From NCBI GenBank assembly GCA_964036045.1, contig OZ038378.1, forward strand, positions 146,072,001-146,136,000: a DNA stretch of 64,000 bases, read 5' to 3'. The notes under the pieces were generated by a model. It did not search any database. It was not told where the DNA came from and worked only from the letters and a program-made list of their open reading frames with translations. Source of the DNA: Eutreptiella sp. 'Long Island Sound 2002' (taxonomy: Eukaryota > Protista > Euglenida). A program made the position numbers and the translations under genes. Shown here piece by piece: positions 47,456 through 59,248 of this stretch (the stretch's first letter is position 1; every line of letters starts with the position of its first letter).

Positions 47456-49034
47456 AGCGGCTACGGTCTCGGCGAGGGGAGCCCGTCGTGCTTTAATGGA
47501 CGCTTTGGTTGTTCGTATTGATTGTCCGTTTGGATATGAATTTGCTTCCATTGGACTTCGGCTCGGGGCGACGTGGTTGGACATTGCCTGCCCTTAGGCC
47601 GCGTGTGATTCTGGAGTTGGTGCATGGTAATTTCGACCATACGTTTTGGTCAATTTCTAAGCAAGCTGAATCCACGTGGTTTCGCTCCCGTCGAAAACGG
47701 AAATTTTTTCCCATGACGCGCCGCGCGCGCGTGTTGAAAAAATCACTTGCTGCTTGAAAAACTCCTCTTCTTTCGAACTTTTGCAAACGTTTGGACATTT
47801 CTGGGCCTGTGTCAGGACAGCCAACTAATATGGCCATTACTCGCTGGTTGAAAAACTCCCTTTGCGAGCAACGAAAATTGCCACCACTCGGTTTCGGGGG
47901 GGCCAAAACGGGGTACACTTTATAACATCAAATCCGGAACTTCGCGCTCTTCGCATTTATATCCCCCAAAATATGCTGAAAATGCACGTAGCCCCGGGGA
48001 ATGGCACTTTATTGCCATTTCGGGCCGCTTTCAGCTTCAAAAATTCGCTCCGGCCGTAGTCGGCCGGGCGACTAAAATGGCCATAACTTGGTCTACGGGT
48101 CCCAAAACAAGCAGTGCTTTTTTTGCTCGAATACTGAATTTCACGCACGTCGATTATGTATGTCCCAGAATTTGCTGAAAATGCACGTAGCCCCCAGAAA
48201 TCGCAATTTATTGCCATTTTGGGCCGTTTTCAGCCCGTTAGCCATCCAAGTGCCATTTTGGCACTAATTGGGTATATCGCTGGTATCATCTTTCGGTGGT
48301 GTATGTCTTTCGGTTGTGCGTGTATGCGTCTATTTTTTCTGTGCTCGTGACACCCCTAATCGGTCTTAGCGAGGGGACCCGGTCGTGCTTTCGAGGATGC
48401 TTTGGTTGTTCATATTGATTGTCTGTTGTTTATCCATTTGGTTCCATTGGACTTCGGCTCAGGGCGGCGCTGTTGGACATCGCCTTCTCTTAGGCCGCCT
48501 GTGATTGTTGAATTGGTGCATATATACCATGGTAATTTCGACCATACGTTTTTGTCCATTTCTCCGAGTTTCGCTCCCGGTGTAAACGGATACCTTTTTC
48601 CTTGTTGCGCCGCGCGCGCATGTTGAAAAAATCAGTTCCGGGTTGAAAAACTCCCTCTGGGAGCGACCAAAATTGCCACAACTCAGTCTAGGGCCCCAAA
48701 GCGCGTGGCACTTTTGACGATTGAATGTGGAATTTCATGCCCTTCGATATTGTCTCTCACAAATTGCTGAAAATACACGTAGCCCCGAGAAATCGCAGTT
48801 TATTGCCATTTCAGGAGGTTTTCGGCCAGTTGGCCATCCAAGTGCCATTTTGGCACTGTTTGCGTATATCACAAAAAAACACCCCAGCTTGACCCATAAT
48901 TTCAAGCATACGTTTTCCTTCATTTCTAAGCAAGCCGAATCCACCCGATTTCGCTCCCGGCGAAAACGGAAACCTTTTTGCGCGTTGTGCCTTGCGCGCG
49001 TGTTGAAAAAATCAATCCCTGCTTGACAATTCCC

Positions 49035-49815
49035 CTCCTTTTGGACTTGGAAACCTTTGGAAACGTTTGGAAACTTGTTGGAAACTTTTGGAAACATTTG
49101 GAAAGTTCTTGCAAACGGTTGGAAACCCTCAAAAACTTCTTGGAAACGTTTGTAAACGTTTGGAAACTTCTTGGAGATTCTGGGAAACGTTTGGAAACTG
49201 CTTGGGGACTTTGGGAAACGCTTGGAAACTTCTTGGAAACGTTTGGAAATGTTCGGAAACTTCTTGGAAACTTTTGGAAACGTTTGGAAATTTCTTTGAA
49301 ACTTTTGGAAATGTTTGGAAACTTCTTGGAAACTATTGGACACGTTTGGAAACGTCATGCTAGCTTTTCGAAACGTTTGGAACTGCTTCGAAACTTCCGG
49401 AAACGTTGGGACACTTCTTGGGAAACTTTTGCAAACGTTTGGAAACTTCCCCACAAATTTTGGAAATGTTTGGAGACTTCTTGGAAAAGTTTGAAAACCT
49501 TTGGAAACTTCTTGGAAACTTTTGGAAACATATGGAAACTTCTTGGAAACTTTGGAAGCGTTTGGAAACTTCTTGGAAACTTTTGGAAAGGTTTGGAAGC
49601 TTCTTGGAAACTTCTGGAAACGTTTGGAAACATCCTCGAAACTTTTGGAATGGTTTGGAAACTTCTTGGAAACTTTTGGAAACGTTTGGAAACTTCTTGG
49701 AAACGTTTGGAACCGTTTGGAAACTTCTTGGAAGTTGCTGGAAACATTTGGAAACGTCTTGAAAACCTTTGAAAACGTCTTGGAAACTTCTTGGGAACTT
49801 TTGGAAACGTTTGAA
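49035..49815 (+). repeat. Degenerate 10-11 bp satellite (ttggaaacgt / cttggaaactt)
   Basis: About 780 bp of near-continuous TGGAAAC-based units; explains ORFs 48735-49844 and 48978-49772. Confidence 0.9.
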
Positions 49816-50698
49816 ACCTTCTGGGGCTGTGTCAGGACAGGCAACTAAAATGGCCACAACTCGGTCTGGGGACCCAAAACGCGCAGCAGTTTTTACCATC
49901 AAATCCGGAATTTCGCGCTCTTTGCATTTATATCCCGCCAAATTTGCTGAAAATGCACGTAGCACCGGGAAATCGCGATTTGTTGCCATTTTGGGCCGTT
50001 TTCGGCTTGAGAAATCCGCTGCGGCCGTGGGCGGCCGGGCGACTAAAATGGCTATAGCTCGGTCTAGGGGCCCCAAAACGCGCGGCACTTTTTACGATCG
50101 AATGCGGAATTTCACGCCCTTCGATGTCCCTCACAGAAATTGCTGAAAATGCACGTAGCCCCCAGAAATCCCAATTTATGGCCAATTAGGGCCGTTTGTG
50201 GTCCGTTGGCCATCCAAGTGCCATTTTGGCACTACTTGGGTATATCGCGGGGAACCCATATTTTCGAACATACGTTGTCCTCCATTTCTAAGCAAGCCGA
50301 ATCCACCCGATCTCGCTCCCAGCGAAAACAGAAACTTTTTTGCGCGTCGTGCCGCGCGTGTGCGTGTTGAAAAAATCAGTTCCGGCTCGAAAAAATCCCC
50401 TCCGGCAGTGTCCTGACGGGCAACTAAAATTGCCCTTGACCCATGCAGGTCTCCCTCTCTAATATTTTTTTTGCCCCATTTGTAGCTGACACACTACACA
50501 TGTGAAACAAAACAGGCATGCCTTCTAAACAGGGCAACCACAACAATGTATTTGCCTGATGCCATTCACCCTTCCACAAGAATACCTTCTTTGAAGCACG
50601 TCGGGCAGCACTATCGTGCCAGTCGACGCGGAACTTTACACGTTGGCAACGCAAGACGGACCCGCATTGAGTAGTTTCATTGCCTTCGGGGCAGAGTC

Positions 50699-50789
50699 AT
50701 GGATGCAGCAATATGCTCCGGTCCCCGTCCGCCGATGAGTGCAGGTTCGTGCAGCGTCGGCACGTCTCCCGCCGTTCCCCAGAACAAGG
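50699..50789 (+). CDS. Candidate first exon of an unknown gene
   Basis: ATG at 50699; donor AAG G|GTGCGG at 50790 in phase 1, compatible with the acceptor of exon 51074. Confidence 0.4.
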
Positions 50790-51073
50790 GTGCGGTCCCA
50801 CCGGTGCACTCGCCAGGCGTGCCAAGGCTGGGCCCAGACAATGCGCAGCCCCCCTCCGCTCCCTCCGCCCCTCACACGTAGGACCAAAGGGCACCGCTTC
50901 TGCAGCCCCCGTGCCCCCAAATCCTGGGTGCCTGGTCTCTGCCTGTGCCTTGTGTGCGCTGCACTGAGCCGTGGGGTGCCGGGCGGGACGGCGGCACCCG
51001 AACTCGGAAGGCAAACAGCGTGCCCACGCCCACGCCCCATCGCTGCCACACCTCGGCCCGCGCCCCATCACAG

Positions 51074-51327
51074 CAATGCCCGCAATGTGGTGCCCGTACA
51101 GCGACGACGAGGCGTCGGAGCCGGACAACGACGTCTACCTCATCGGCCTGAACCCGGAGGAGTGCGCGTACGAGGACGGCGAGCTGGACGACCATGACAC
51201 CTACGTGTACTACTGGGACAATCCGGGGTGGCATCTGTGGCGTGACGACGCGTCGCTGGGCGTGCCGATGTTCGACAACACCGCCATCTTGAGGCCCAGG
51301 AGTAGCCCCAATGACGACACTGCGGAG
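51074..51327 (+). CDS. Acidic, aromatic-rich exon of an unknown protein
   Basis: Strong GC3 bias (YSDDEASEPDNDVYLIGLNPEECAYEDGELDDHDTYVYYWDNPGWHLW); acceptor cccatcacAG at 51072-51073; donor GAG|GTATCT at 51328. Confidence 0.6.
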
Positions 51328-52092
51328 GTATCTTGCCCGCTGCCTTGCCTCTGCTGCTACAAGGCTGGGGTTGACGCCTGGACCTTTGAGTCTCTGTGCC
51401 TCTAATCCATTTTTATGTGACAGAGGCATCAGAGCACTGAATGTTTTTTTTTTGAGGGGCGACTGAAATTTGGAGCGATGGGCGACGCAACGAGGCCTGG
51501 GAGGGCCACAGGGAAATGTTTTGGCGCGGGTCAGAGGTATTGCAGGGGGGCGCATCGTGCGAAGTGCACGCGCCGTGCGTGCGCCAACACAACCGTTTCG
51601 GACCTGCCAATCACCATCAAACGCAGAGTGATGGGTGCGTGGGCCGCCATAAGTGGATTTTCGTCCATCGACCCCGTCCCTTGTCACTAGGGATGTGTTC
51701 ATATGACGGGTGTGTGACGCCGGTGGTGGTGTAGGGCCGACATGGCACGGCTTTATTGAGGTGGCCCGGGTGCACCCAATGAGGGGCTGCACGTCCCACG
51801 GGCGCTTGTAGTGCACTGCAGTGTGCTACGAGGACATTGTCAGCCTGACCATTGAAGTGGGCAAGATAGCCAAGGACACGCTCACTGCCCGAACGGTGTA
51901 CTAACAAGTCCAACGAATGCGCGCCAAGGACGTCCAGCACCGCTCTCTCAGGCGGGCAGGCAGGCCCAAGTCAAGGGTGCCAGGTCAGCCAGTCTTGGGA
52001 TTCCATGGTTGCTTGCACCGTGCGGGCTGCAATACCGCATGGAAGAGGTGGTATAGGAGCTGTGGGCAGATGTGGTGTCTCGCTGTTGGCGC

Positions 52093-52262
52093 GACATGTG
52101 GCGTGACATGTGGTGTGACATGTGCTGTGACATGTGGCGTGACATGTGGTGTGACATGTGGTGTGACATGTGGTGTGACATGTGGTGTAACATGCGGCGT
52201 GACATGTTGCGTGACATGGGGCGTGACATGTGGTGTGACATGCGGCGTGACATGCGGCGTGA
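52093..52262 (+). repeat. 12-bp minisatellite (gtgacatgtggt), ~14 copies
   Basis: Directly visible; source of the VTCG/PHVT/CDMW ORFs. Confidence 0.9.
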
Positions 52263-52842
52263 CTGCACACACCTAACACACCTAACTTCTCACCTTTTGG
52301 CACTGGCCCGTGGCAGTAGCGGCGCCGGCTGGTTTTGGGTATCGTCTGCAACATAATGGGCCCCGTACATGCGGTGTGTGCGAACACTCTTCTTGTGTTG
52401 CCATGCGATTCGGAGCATTATACCGTCTACGCATGGGGCATTGTAACGCAGAGGACACCAGTTTAGGCCTTGTGAGGCATGGGGCGCTATCAAGGCGTCC
52501 TCGCAGAAGGAATCCGGAGAGCGCTGCTACACCCGAGGGAGTGTGTGACATGGTGAAGGAGTGGACTGGATTACGCTTGCAGCGCTTCCCCAAAATGCTG
52601 GAGTTAGAGGTCGGAGGCCAGGCTGTGTCCCAAGACAAGACGGTCGGTGGTGTGTGCCCCACACTCAAGACAACGTTTGGTAGGAGAGCCGCGCGCCTTG
52701 CACTGCTGAGGAGAACGGCGAAGGAAGGGTTTTTACTTCTGGCGTCTATCGTCGTTTATGGCCCCAGCCCCCCCCCCCCTCCCCCCCCCCCTCATTTTGG
52801 TGGTGGTGGGGGGAGACCAGAGGACGGGACCCGGTCGCGGAC

Positions 52843-53547
52843 ATGCCAGACACACTACCAGGGAACTGGTACCAGGTGCTAGGAGTGCGGTACCCTGGGG
52901 CCACAACAGAGGAAATAAAGCGGGCATACAAGCAGCTCAGTGTCAAGCTACACCCAGACAAAAACGCGCACCACAAGGAGAAGGCTGGGGGACTATTCAA
53001 ACAAATAGGGAAGGCAAAGGACGGATTGCTAGACACAGAGGCCCGAAGACGGCATGATGCCGACATACAAAGAGGGGACAGACGCCAACAACGGGAGGTA
53101 CGCCATTGCAATAGGGGAGCGGCAACGCACGACCCCGGACAGGAGGGCAGAAGGCCAGGGGAGCCAAACACGTTGACAATGCAACGACGCTTTGCATACG
53201 CAACCGTGGACTTCATGGAAGCACAATACAAAAGTATAGTGCGGGCCCGCGAGTGGCAGCTGGCCCGCACACCGATGCCCAACATGACCAGGGGTGAGGT
53301 GTGGTACCTCATATGCCCACGACTCATGATGCCGGTGGTCCGGGTACGCATCGTGGCCGTGGGTGTGTATACCCCGCAGTGTAGCTGCCACCCACATGGG
53401 GTGTGCTACACACATGGAGAGTGGCAACCGGTTGTGCACATAGACGGGGACCTACCAGGAGAGCACGTCCTGGTCTCACAACCGGGCAGATTGCTGCCCA
53501 CGGATCGCCTAGCGCAGTTAATCGCGGCAGCCTCCCGGAGGCGTTAA
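52843..53547 (+). CDS. Intronless J-domain (DnaJ/Hsp40-type) ORF with unknown Cys/His C-terminal region; probably repeat- or TE-borne
   Basis: NWYQVLGV..ATTEEIKRAYKQLSVKLHPDKN..AGGLFKQIGKAKDGLLD..RRRHD is a complete J-domain with HPD (52951-52959). A-rich codon usage unlike the GC3-rich host exons. Confidence 0.8.
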   Translation: MPDTLPGNWYQVLGVRYPGATTEEIKRAYKQLSVKLHPDKNAHHKEKAGGLFKQIGKAKDGLLDTEARRRHDADIQRGDRRQQREVRHCNRGAATHDPGQEGRRPGEPNTLTMQRRFAYATVDFMEAQYKSIVRAREWQLARTPMPNMTRGEVWYLICPRLMMPVVRVRIVAVGVYTPQCSCHPHGVCYTHGEWQPVVHIDGDLPGEHVLVSQPGRLLPTDRLAQLIAAASRRR

Positions 53548-53696
53548 GGAGTTCAGCGCAACGCCCAGGCATGCAGATCCAACAGAATGCAGCACAGTGC
53601 AGCGCAACGCAAATGAGAATAACATAGGGCAACACGACGCCCAAGCACATGGAGCGGACGGAGGCGCACAAAGGAGAGCAGTGCACAAACCTCGTA

Positions 53697-54530
53697 GGCA
53701 GGCCCCGGAGGCTCGGATTCGGCCCCGCCAATGGGTGGGCGGCCCTGTCCAAGCACTTCGGAGGTTACCTGGGCTCGGCCCCGACGGGAAGAGTGGCCCT
53801 ACCCAGGTAGCCGCGGCCGCCACACCTCATGGAGGCAACGCAGCGCACAAGGCAGCGCAGCACTGAAGAGCAGACAGAGACACATAGCGAAATTTGCCAG
53901 CACACGAAAGCACGCAGCACACAATACAGCAAAACAAAGCAAAGCAGTGTACCACAATGATGGCGGCGGACAGCCACACCACCCGCTGCAAGCACCAGCG
54001 CCACCCAACACCCAACGCCCAGTGTGGGGGGCAGACCCACCACACGGGCAGTGCACCCACGCACAGCCACCGCCGCCCACAAACGGGGCGCGCGCGCAAG
54101 AATCACAGGCAGGCCCCGGGGGCTCGGACTCGGCCCCGCCAATGGGTGGGCGGCCCTGTCCAAGCGCTTCGGAGGTTACCCGAACTCGGCCCCCACGGGA
54201 GGAGCGGCCCTGCCCGGGTAGCCGCGGCCGCCGCGCCTCATGGAGGCAGCGTAGCGCACAACGCGGAGGCAACATAACACATAACGCAGCACTGCAGGCC
54301 AAAGCCGGCAGAGACACACAATGAAACTCGCCAGCACACAACACCACGCAGCAGCACACAACTACAGAAGAGCAAAGCAAAGTAGTATACCACAACAACA
54401 GTGGCGGACAGCCACACCACCCGCCGCGAACACCAACACCAGCCAAACACCCAACACCCAGGGTGGGAACCAAACCCACCACACGGGCACTTCACCCACA
54501 CCCAACCACCGCCGCCCACAAACAAGGCAC
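53697..54530 (+). repeat. Tandem duplication of a ~410-430 bp unit
   Basis: ggcaggcccc..gctcgga.tcggccccgccaatgggtgggcggccctgtccaagc.cttcggaggttacc at 53697 and 54108; gcggacagccacaccacccgc block at ~53965 and ~54404. Confidence 0.85.
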
Positions 54531-54898
54531 ACACATGGAGCACCACCAAGAGCCCAAGACCCCACGCCCCAACGCCAACACGGCGCCCACCACACACGCA
54601 ACAACCAAGGCCACACTTACACACAACATAGAAGGGATGCTTCCCTGATGCACTCCCGGGAGCCATCACCATCCCGACCACACCGGGAGGGGAAGGCAAC
54701 CCAAACCTAAGTAAGGGGGTCGCCCCTGCGGGGGGCTGGCAGCCGGCTACGCGGTTGTCAATTGGGCAGCGACCTAAAACATGTACTGCCCGCCAGTAGC
54801 TAAGTTCTGTCACCAAGGCCTAGTGCAGGGGCCTTGGGCACGCTTATGAGACACAGCGTCCAAACCATTGGTGGTCACTGCACACGACCAACCAGGGG

Positions 54899-56341
54899 GT
54901 GGACTCACACGAGTCCCTAGCTCCGAGGCGTGGACAGCCCGGAGTGAAGTCCTCAAACGGGGAGCCCCTCAGCAGCCCAGAAAGCAAAAGAGCAACAACG
55001 CAACACATTCACCCCAGAACAACCCCAACAAACACCAGTGACAGATCAGTTTGTAGATTTGGAGACATGTGCAAAAGTGCCTGGTGCCCCTTGCACCACC
55101 CAACTGCGAGTGGGACAACCCAACAGCCACAATGGGATGCAGGGAGCGACATGCTACCCCCCTGGCGCCGCAGACCAGAAGTAGTGAGCAGGCCAGCAAA
55201 AAAAGAAAGAGCCCGACACTGGGAGGAACGCATGCAGCAAAACAGCTGGGCACAAGGCCGCCCTACACACGGCAGGGAGACGAGCCATAACAGGACACAC
55301 AACAAGACACAAGGGAACCATGAGGTGCGAGCACTGCAGCAACCACCAAATGCAGCGCACGCCGAGCGAGCCATCAGCAAACACCCCCCCTCCCTCTACA
55401 CGGTGCCCACGTACTCCACAAGGGCGGGGGCTGCGCCCCGCGCTCCGGGAGGTGCCCGCCACGGGGGTGGCACCAGGGCCGTGAACAGCCAACCGGGCAC
55501 GGGGCAGTCCACGTTGTATGGAGAAGTGAAATCCTCGTATGGGGGGGCAGGCGGGTGGAACAGGAGGGGGTGCGCGACATGGGCACCCAGGAGCGCCACC
55601 AGACAGGGGGAGGAGCAACACAGACACACAGAACGCGGGAGCCACACCAGGAGGGACAAGGGCGGGCACAGCAGACAAGGAGGAGGGGCACAGCAAGGCG
55701 GGAGAGGCAACTGGAACAGCGGGAACAGAGAACCAGAATGGAGCGGATGGCAGAGCGTGCGCATGGGAGGCAGCGACAATAAAGGGGATGGCTTGGCCAG
55801 CCAACCCCGTCGCTACCGGGTGCCAGGGCAACCCCTGCTCAACCGGCATCAGGTGGGGGGTGTCTCCCGCAGCCCAGATGGGCTGTTTGCGCAACAGGAG
55901 TGGGAGCCCATCAGGGGCAGACCAACCGTGAGGGGGAAAAGGACATATAGTGGACGGCCCGGACAGCGCGTGGAGGAAGGCACCTGGGCCGCACAGAAAC
56001 ACAGCGAGGCAGGCGATGGACGGCCTGTGGACAGAGGTGTGTGGACAGCAAAAACAGTCAAACGACCCCGGCAGCAACCAGCACATCCTCAATACGCCAA
56101 CTATTGGGCGCCGCTGACACGCAAACGGCACACCATGCCGCATTCAGCACAGTCCCAACACGCCAACTATTGGGCTCCGCGAACGCGGAAACGACACCAG
56201 CAAGAGCACCGGCCGCAACGGCCGACAGCAAGTAGCGACCCGACGCAACATGCGAAGGGAAGAACGGGTGACCGTCCAGGGCCCCGTAAAGGAGCAACAA
56301 CCAGACGGAATGTCACACAGGGGGGGGGGTCTGAGCTATGA
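54899..56341 (+). other. Low-complexity 480-codon open frame with a Nab2-type CCCH motif, running into an abundant repeat
   Basis: CRFGDMCKSAWCPLHHP (C-x5-C-x4-C-x3-H, ~55052-55102); no ATG at the ORF start; the last ~150 codons are the repeat duplicated at 57180-57616. Confidence 0.4.
55889..56330 (+). mobile_element. ~440-bp SINE-like or retroelement 3'-end repeat, copy 1
   Basis: caggag.gggagcccatca.gggcagacca.ccgtgagggggaaaaggacatat...cggaatgtcacac.ggggggggtctg; homologous to 57180-57616. Confidence 0.8.
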
Positions 56342-56747
56342 ACCTGCCCCCCCTTTCCCGGCTCAACATCACCGGCAGCACATCGGATTTGGAGGAAGCG
56401 CAACCCCTTTCGGGGGTTTGGGGTGATGGCCGCCCGCGTTCAGCACGGGGCACTTCTGGGCCCCTAGAGTCGCGGCCATGTGCAGTGGAGTGCCGCCGGG
56501 CCGAAGTACCGGGGGGGCTGCAGGGGGGCGTGCGAGGGGGCGGATGCACGAAGCCAGCGGCCGAGCCGCGCCGTCGTGGGTTGGGTCGTGGGGCATTGGG
56601 GTCCGTGTGGCGACGCGCCTAAAGGGCACGGCCCTGTGATGCCCCAGGCCACTGTGTGTCGGTGGTGCCGGCGGGTGGGCCCCCCGAAGGCCCCTGCACA
56701 CGGGGCCCTGGACCGCCTGGCCCCCCCTCTGTCACTGCCACGCGCAG

Positions 56748-57096
56748 CGGCGGCCCAACCGCCGTTTGCCGCCCCGATCCTCCGCGCGTTCCGTCGGAGG
56801 GCGGCCTGTTCCCGTTGTATCAGGGCAAGTGCGCGGCCGCAGATCCCGAGCCCAGTCCCGGTCCCGCAGCGGAGCGCCTCGGCCCCGATCCGGGGGTTAC
56901 CGAGACGTTGGAGCTGCTCGCGGAGGTCTTGGAGGTCTGCGGGGCGCGGGACGCGGACCGGCTGGCGGGGCTGGCGGCGCAGTGCGCGCAGGGGGACGCG
57001 CCCTGCCAGGCCTTCGTGCAGCGGTACCTCCGTGAGCCCCCGTCGGAGGAGTTGTGGCGGATGTCCTCCGTCTTCTTCACCGAGAGAAAGCAGTGG
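56748..57096 (+). CDS. Exon A of the RRM-like/DEDD-exonuclease-like gene
   Basis: Acceptor cacgcgcAG at 56746-56747 (phase 2); GC3-rich ..TETLELLAEVLEVCGARDADRLAGLAAQC..FFTERKQW; donor at 57097 (phase 0). Confidence 0.65.
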
Positions 57097-57179
57097 GTGT
57101 GTGGCCTGCCCTGTGCCTGTGCCTGCGCCAGGCTTTCTTGATGAGGAATTAATACCAAAGCGGGGGGGGGGGTTTTGCG

Positions 57180-57616
57180 CAGCAGGAGCGGGAGCCCATC
57201 ATGGGCAGACCAGCCGTGAGGGGGAAAAGGACATATGTTGGACGGCCGGGACAGCGCGTGGAGGAACAGGGCACCTGGGCCTCACGCACACAGCGGGGCA
57301 GGCTACGGACGGCCTGTGGACAGAGGCGCGTGGGCAGCAAAAACAGTCAAACGACCCCGGCAACAACCAGCACATCCTCAATACGCCAATTATTGGGCGC
57401 TGCTGACGCGCAAATGGCACATCCCGCCACATTCAGCACAGCCCCAACACACCAACGACTGAGCTCCGCGAACGCGGAAACGACACCAGCAAGAGCACCG
57501 GCCGCAGCGGCCGACAGAACGCAGCGACCCGACGCAACATGCGAAGGGACGAACGGGTGACTGTCCAGGGCCCCGTAAAGAAACGGCAACGCGACGGAAT
57601 GTCACACGGGGGGGGT
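57180..57616 (+). mobile_element. ~440-bp repeat, copy 2 (intronic)
   Basis: Homologous to 55889-56330, ending in the same G-run plus tctg. Confidence 0.8.
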
Positions 57617-58639
57617 CTGGGTGGGTCCCACAAAGGGGCCGCTTGTTCAAATTTGATTTTCCCTCAGCCAAACTTTGGGTCACGATTGTTTTGGGGATGG
57701 GCGGGTCTCAGAGCCAAAAGACCCCCCCTCCCCCCCTCTTATAAACAAAGTCGGGCCTGTGCCTGTGAGATACCACGTCTATGTCCCTGTGTCTGTCTCT
57801 TTTGTCTGTCCGTGTCTTTCTCTGTGTGTCTGTGTGTCTGTGTGTCTGTGTGTGTGTGTTTCTGTCCGTACGTCTTTGTGTCTGTGTCTGCGTGTCGATG
57901 TGTCTACGTCGGTGTCGCCTCCACCGCCGCCCAGGGGTCCGTGCCCTCACCGGCGTGTGGGGATGTACCCAGGGTGGGGCCTGGGCTAGCGCACGGCCTG
58001 GGGACAAGGGTGGCCCGTGGAGGGGTGAGGAGGTGGGTGATGGGCCCCTGCCAGCGCCGGCCACCCCCTAGTCCCCCCCACCCCCCGTGTGGGGGTAGGG
58101 ACTGCCGGTGGGGGGAGGTGTGGGGGGGGGATCCCGCCCAGCGCTGGGTACACCCCAGTCTCCCCGTGTGGGGGATAGGGACGGAGGGGGTGGGCTGGAT
58201 GGTGTACGAGGGTGTGTTTGTCTGTGTCTGTGCCTGTTTTGGTGGGGGGGGGGGTCCTTTGGGAGGCCTTTTTTTTTTGTTTATTTGAGGATCCCCCACC
58301 CCCCCTTTCGGCCTTGTGACCCACCAGCAGCCGTCATTTAACCGCCAACTGCTGTCGGTTCGCCACCCGCTGTTGTTGAGCCGCCAACTGATGTCGATCC
58401 GTGACCGGTCCAGACACACACATACCAGAGGCAGTTTCTTTTCTTTTCTTTTCCTCTTCTTTTTCCAAAAGGAACCCCCCCCCCCCCCTCCGGTGACCAA
58501 ACCGCTCCATGCCCTGTGATGGGGCGCCGACTGAGAGACGCGCCCGGGGGCTAGAGCCCACGAATGAAGGTGAACGTGTTGGTAGAACCTTCGGTAGATG
58601 TCCCATTGTCAAGTTTTTTTGGGGGGACCTCCTCCCTCC

Positions 58640-58875
58640 TGCTGTCGGTGTCCGTGTTGGTGTTGCTGTCGGTGTTGGTGTTGCTGTCGGTGTTGGTGTT
58701 GCTGTCGGTGTTGGTGTCGGTGTCGGTGTTGCTGTCGGTGTTGGTGTTGCTGTCGGTGTTGGTGTTGCTGTCGGTGTTGGTGTTGGTGTTGCTGTCGGTG
58801 TTGCTGTCGGTGTTGGTGTCGGTGTTGGTGTTGCTGTCGGTGTTGGTGTCGGTGTTGGTGTTGGTGTCGGTGTTT
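58640..58875 (+). repeat. Hexamer-based microsatellite (gtgttg / ctgtcg / gtgtcg)
   Basis: Directly visible; produces spurious TP-, NT- and VL-repeat ORFs. Confidence 0.9.
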
Positions 58876-59010
58876 CCATGTCCGTGTCTGTGTCCCTGTC
58901 TCTCTTGGCGTGCTTCAGTACTAAACGCCCCCAGAATAGCCCCGCCCACCCCAACCGCCCCAACCGCCCAGCCTCTCCCAAACGCACGCTCCCCTGCGCC
59001 ACGTCCGCAG

Positions 59011-59248
59011 TTGGAGAAGAACGGTCACGTCCGCATCGACGCGAAGCCCACCGCCATCGCAGAGCACCCGCTGCTGCTTCAGATCGCTCCGACGGGGCTG
59101 TCCAACGCGGCCCACATCACGAGTCTCCTCCCCGAGGACTGCTCCGCGAAGGTGAAGGTTGGGTACCTCAGCGGGTGCCCCCAGGCATTTGCCGCGCTGC
59201 AAGTGGATGACGAGGCCACCCTGGAGCGGCTCCAGGACACGCTGGAGG
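59011..59248 (+). CDS. Exon B (RRM-like segment)
   Basis: Acceptor cgtccgcAG at 59009-59010 (phase 0, matches 57097); LEKNGHVRID..LLLQIAPTGLS..KVKVGYLSGCPQAFAALQVDDEATLERLQDTLEG; donor G|GTGTGC at 59249 (phase 1). Confidence 0.75.

Larger units (their letters stand above)
39815..50410. repeat. Complex repeat domain built around a dispersed ~170-200 bp unit
   Basis: The gct(g/c)aaaatgcacg core recurs at ~39893, 40077, 43936, 44140, 47975, 48175, 49945 and 50143 (variant aaaatacacg at ~48767), with ttgccattt.gggccg.tttcggc. A second unit (gctttggttgttcatattgattgtctg...gacttcggctcggggcgacg) occurs at ~43100, 43700, 45400 (-), 47500 and 48400. Confidence 0.8.

Noticed and set aside
48735-50088. 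Long K/F/S- and L/E/T/W-rich ORFs
   Set aside because: Translations of the TGGAAAC satellite.
53697-54259. HDV-like or hammerhead ribozyme in the duplicated GC-rich unit
   Set aside because: I could not identify the conserved cores (CUGAnGA/GAAA or the nested double pseudoknot) by eye; a covariance-model search would be needed.
58334-59210. TP-repeat or VG-repeat proteins
   Set aside because: Translations of an intronic hexamer microsatellite between exons A and B.
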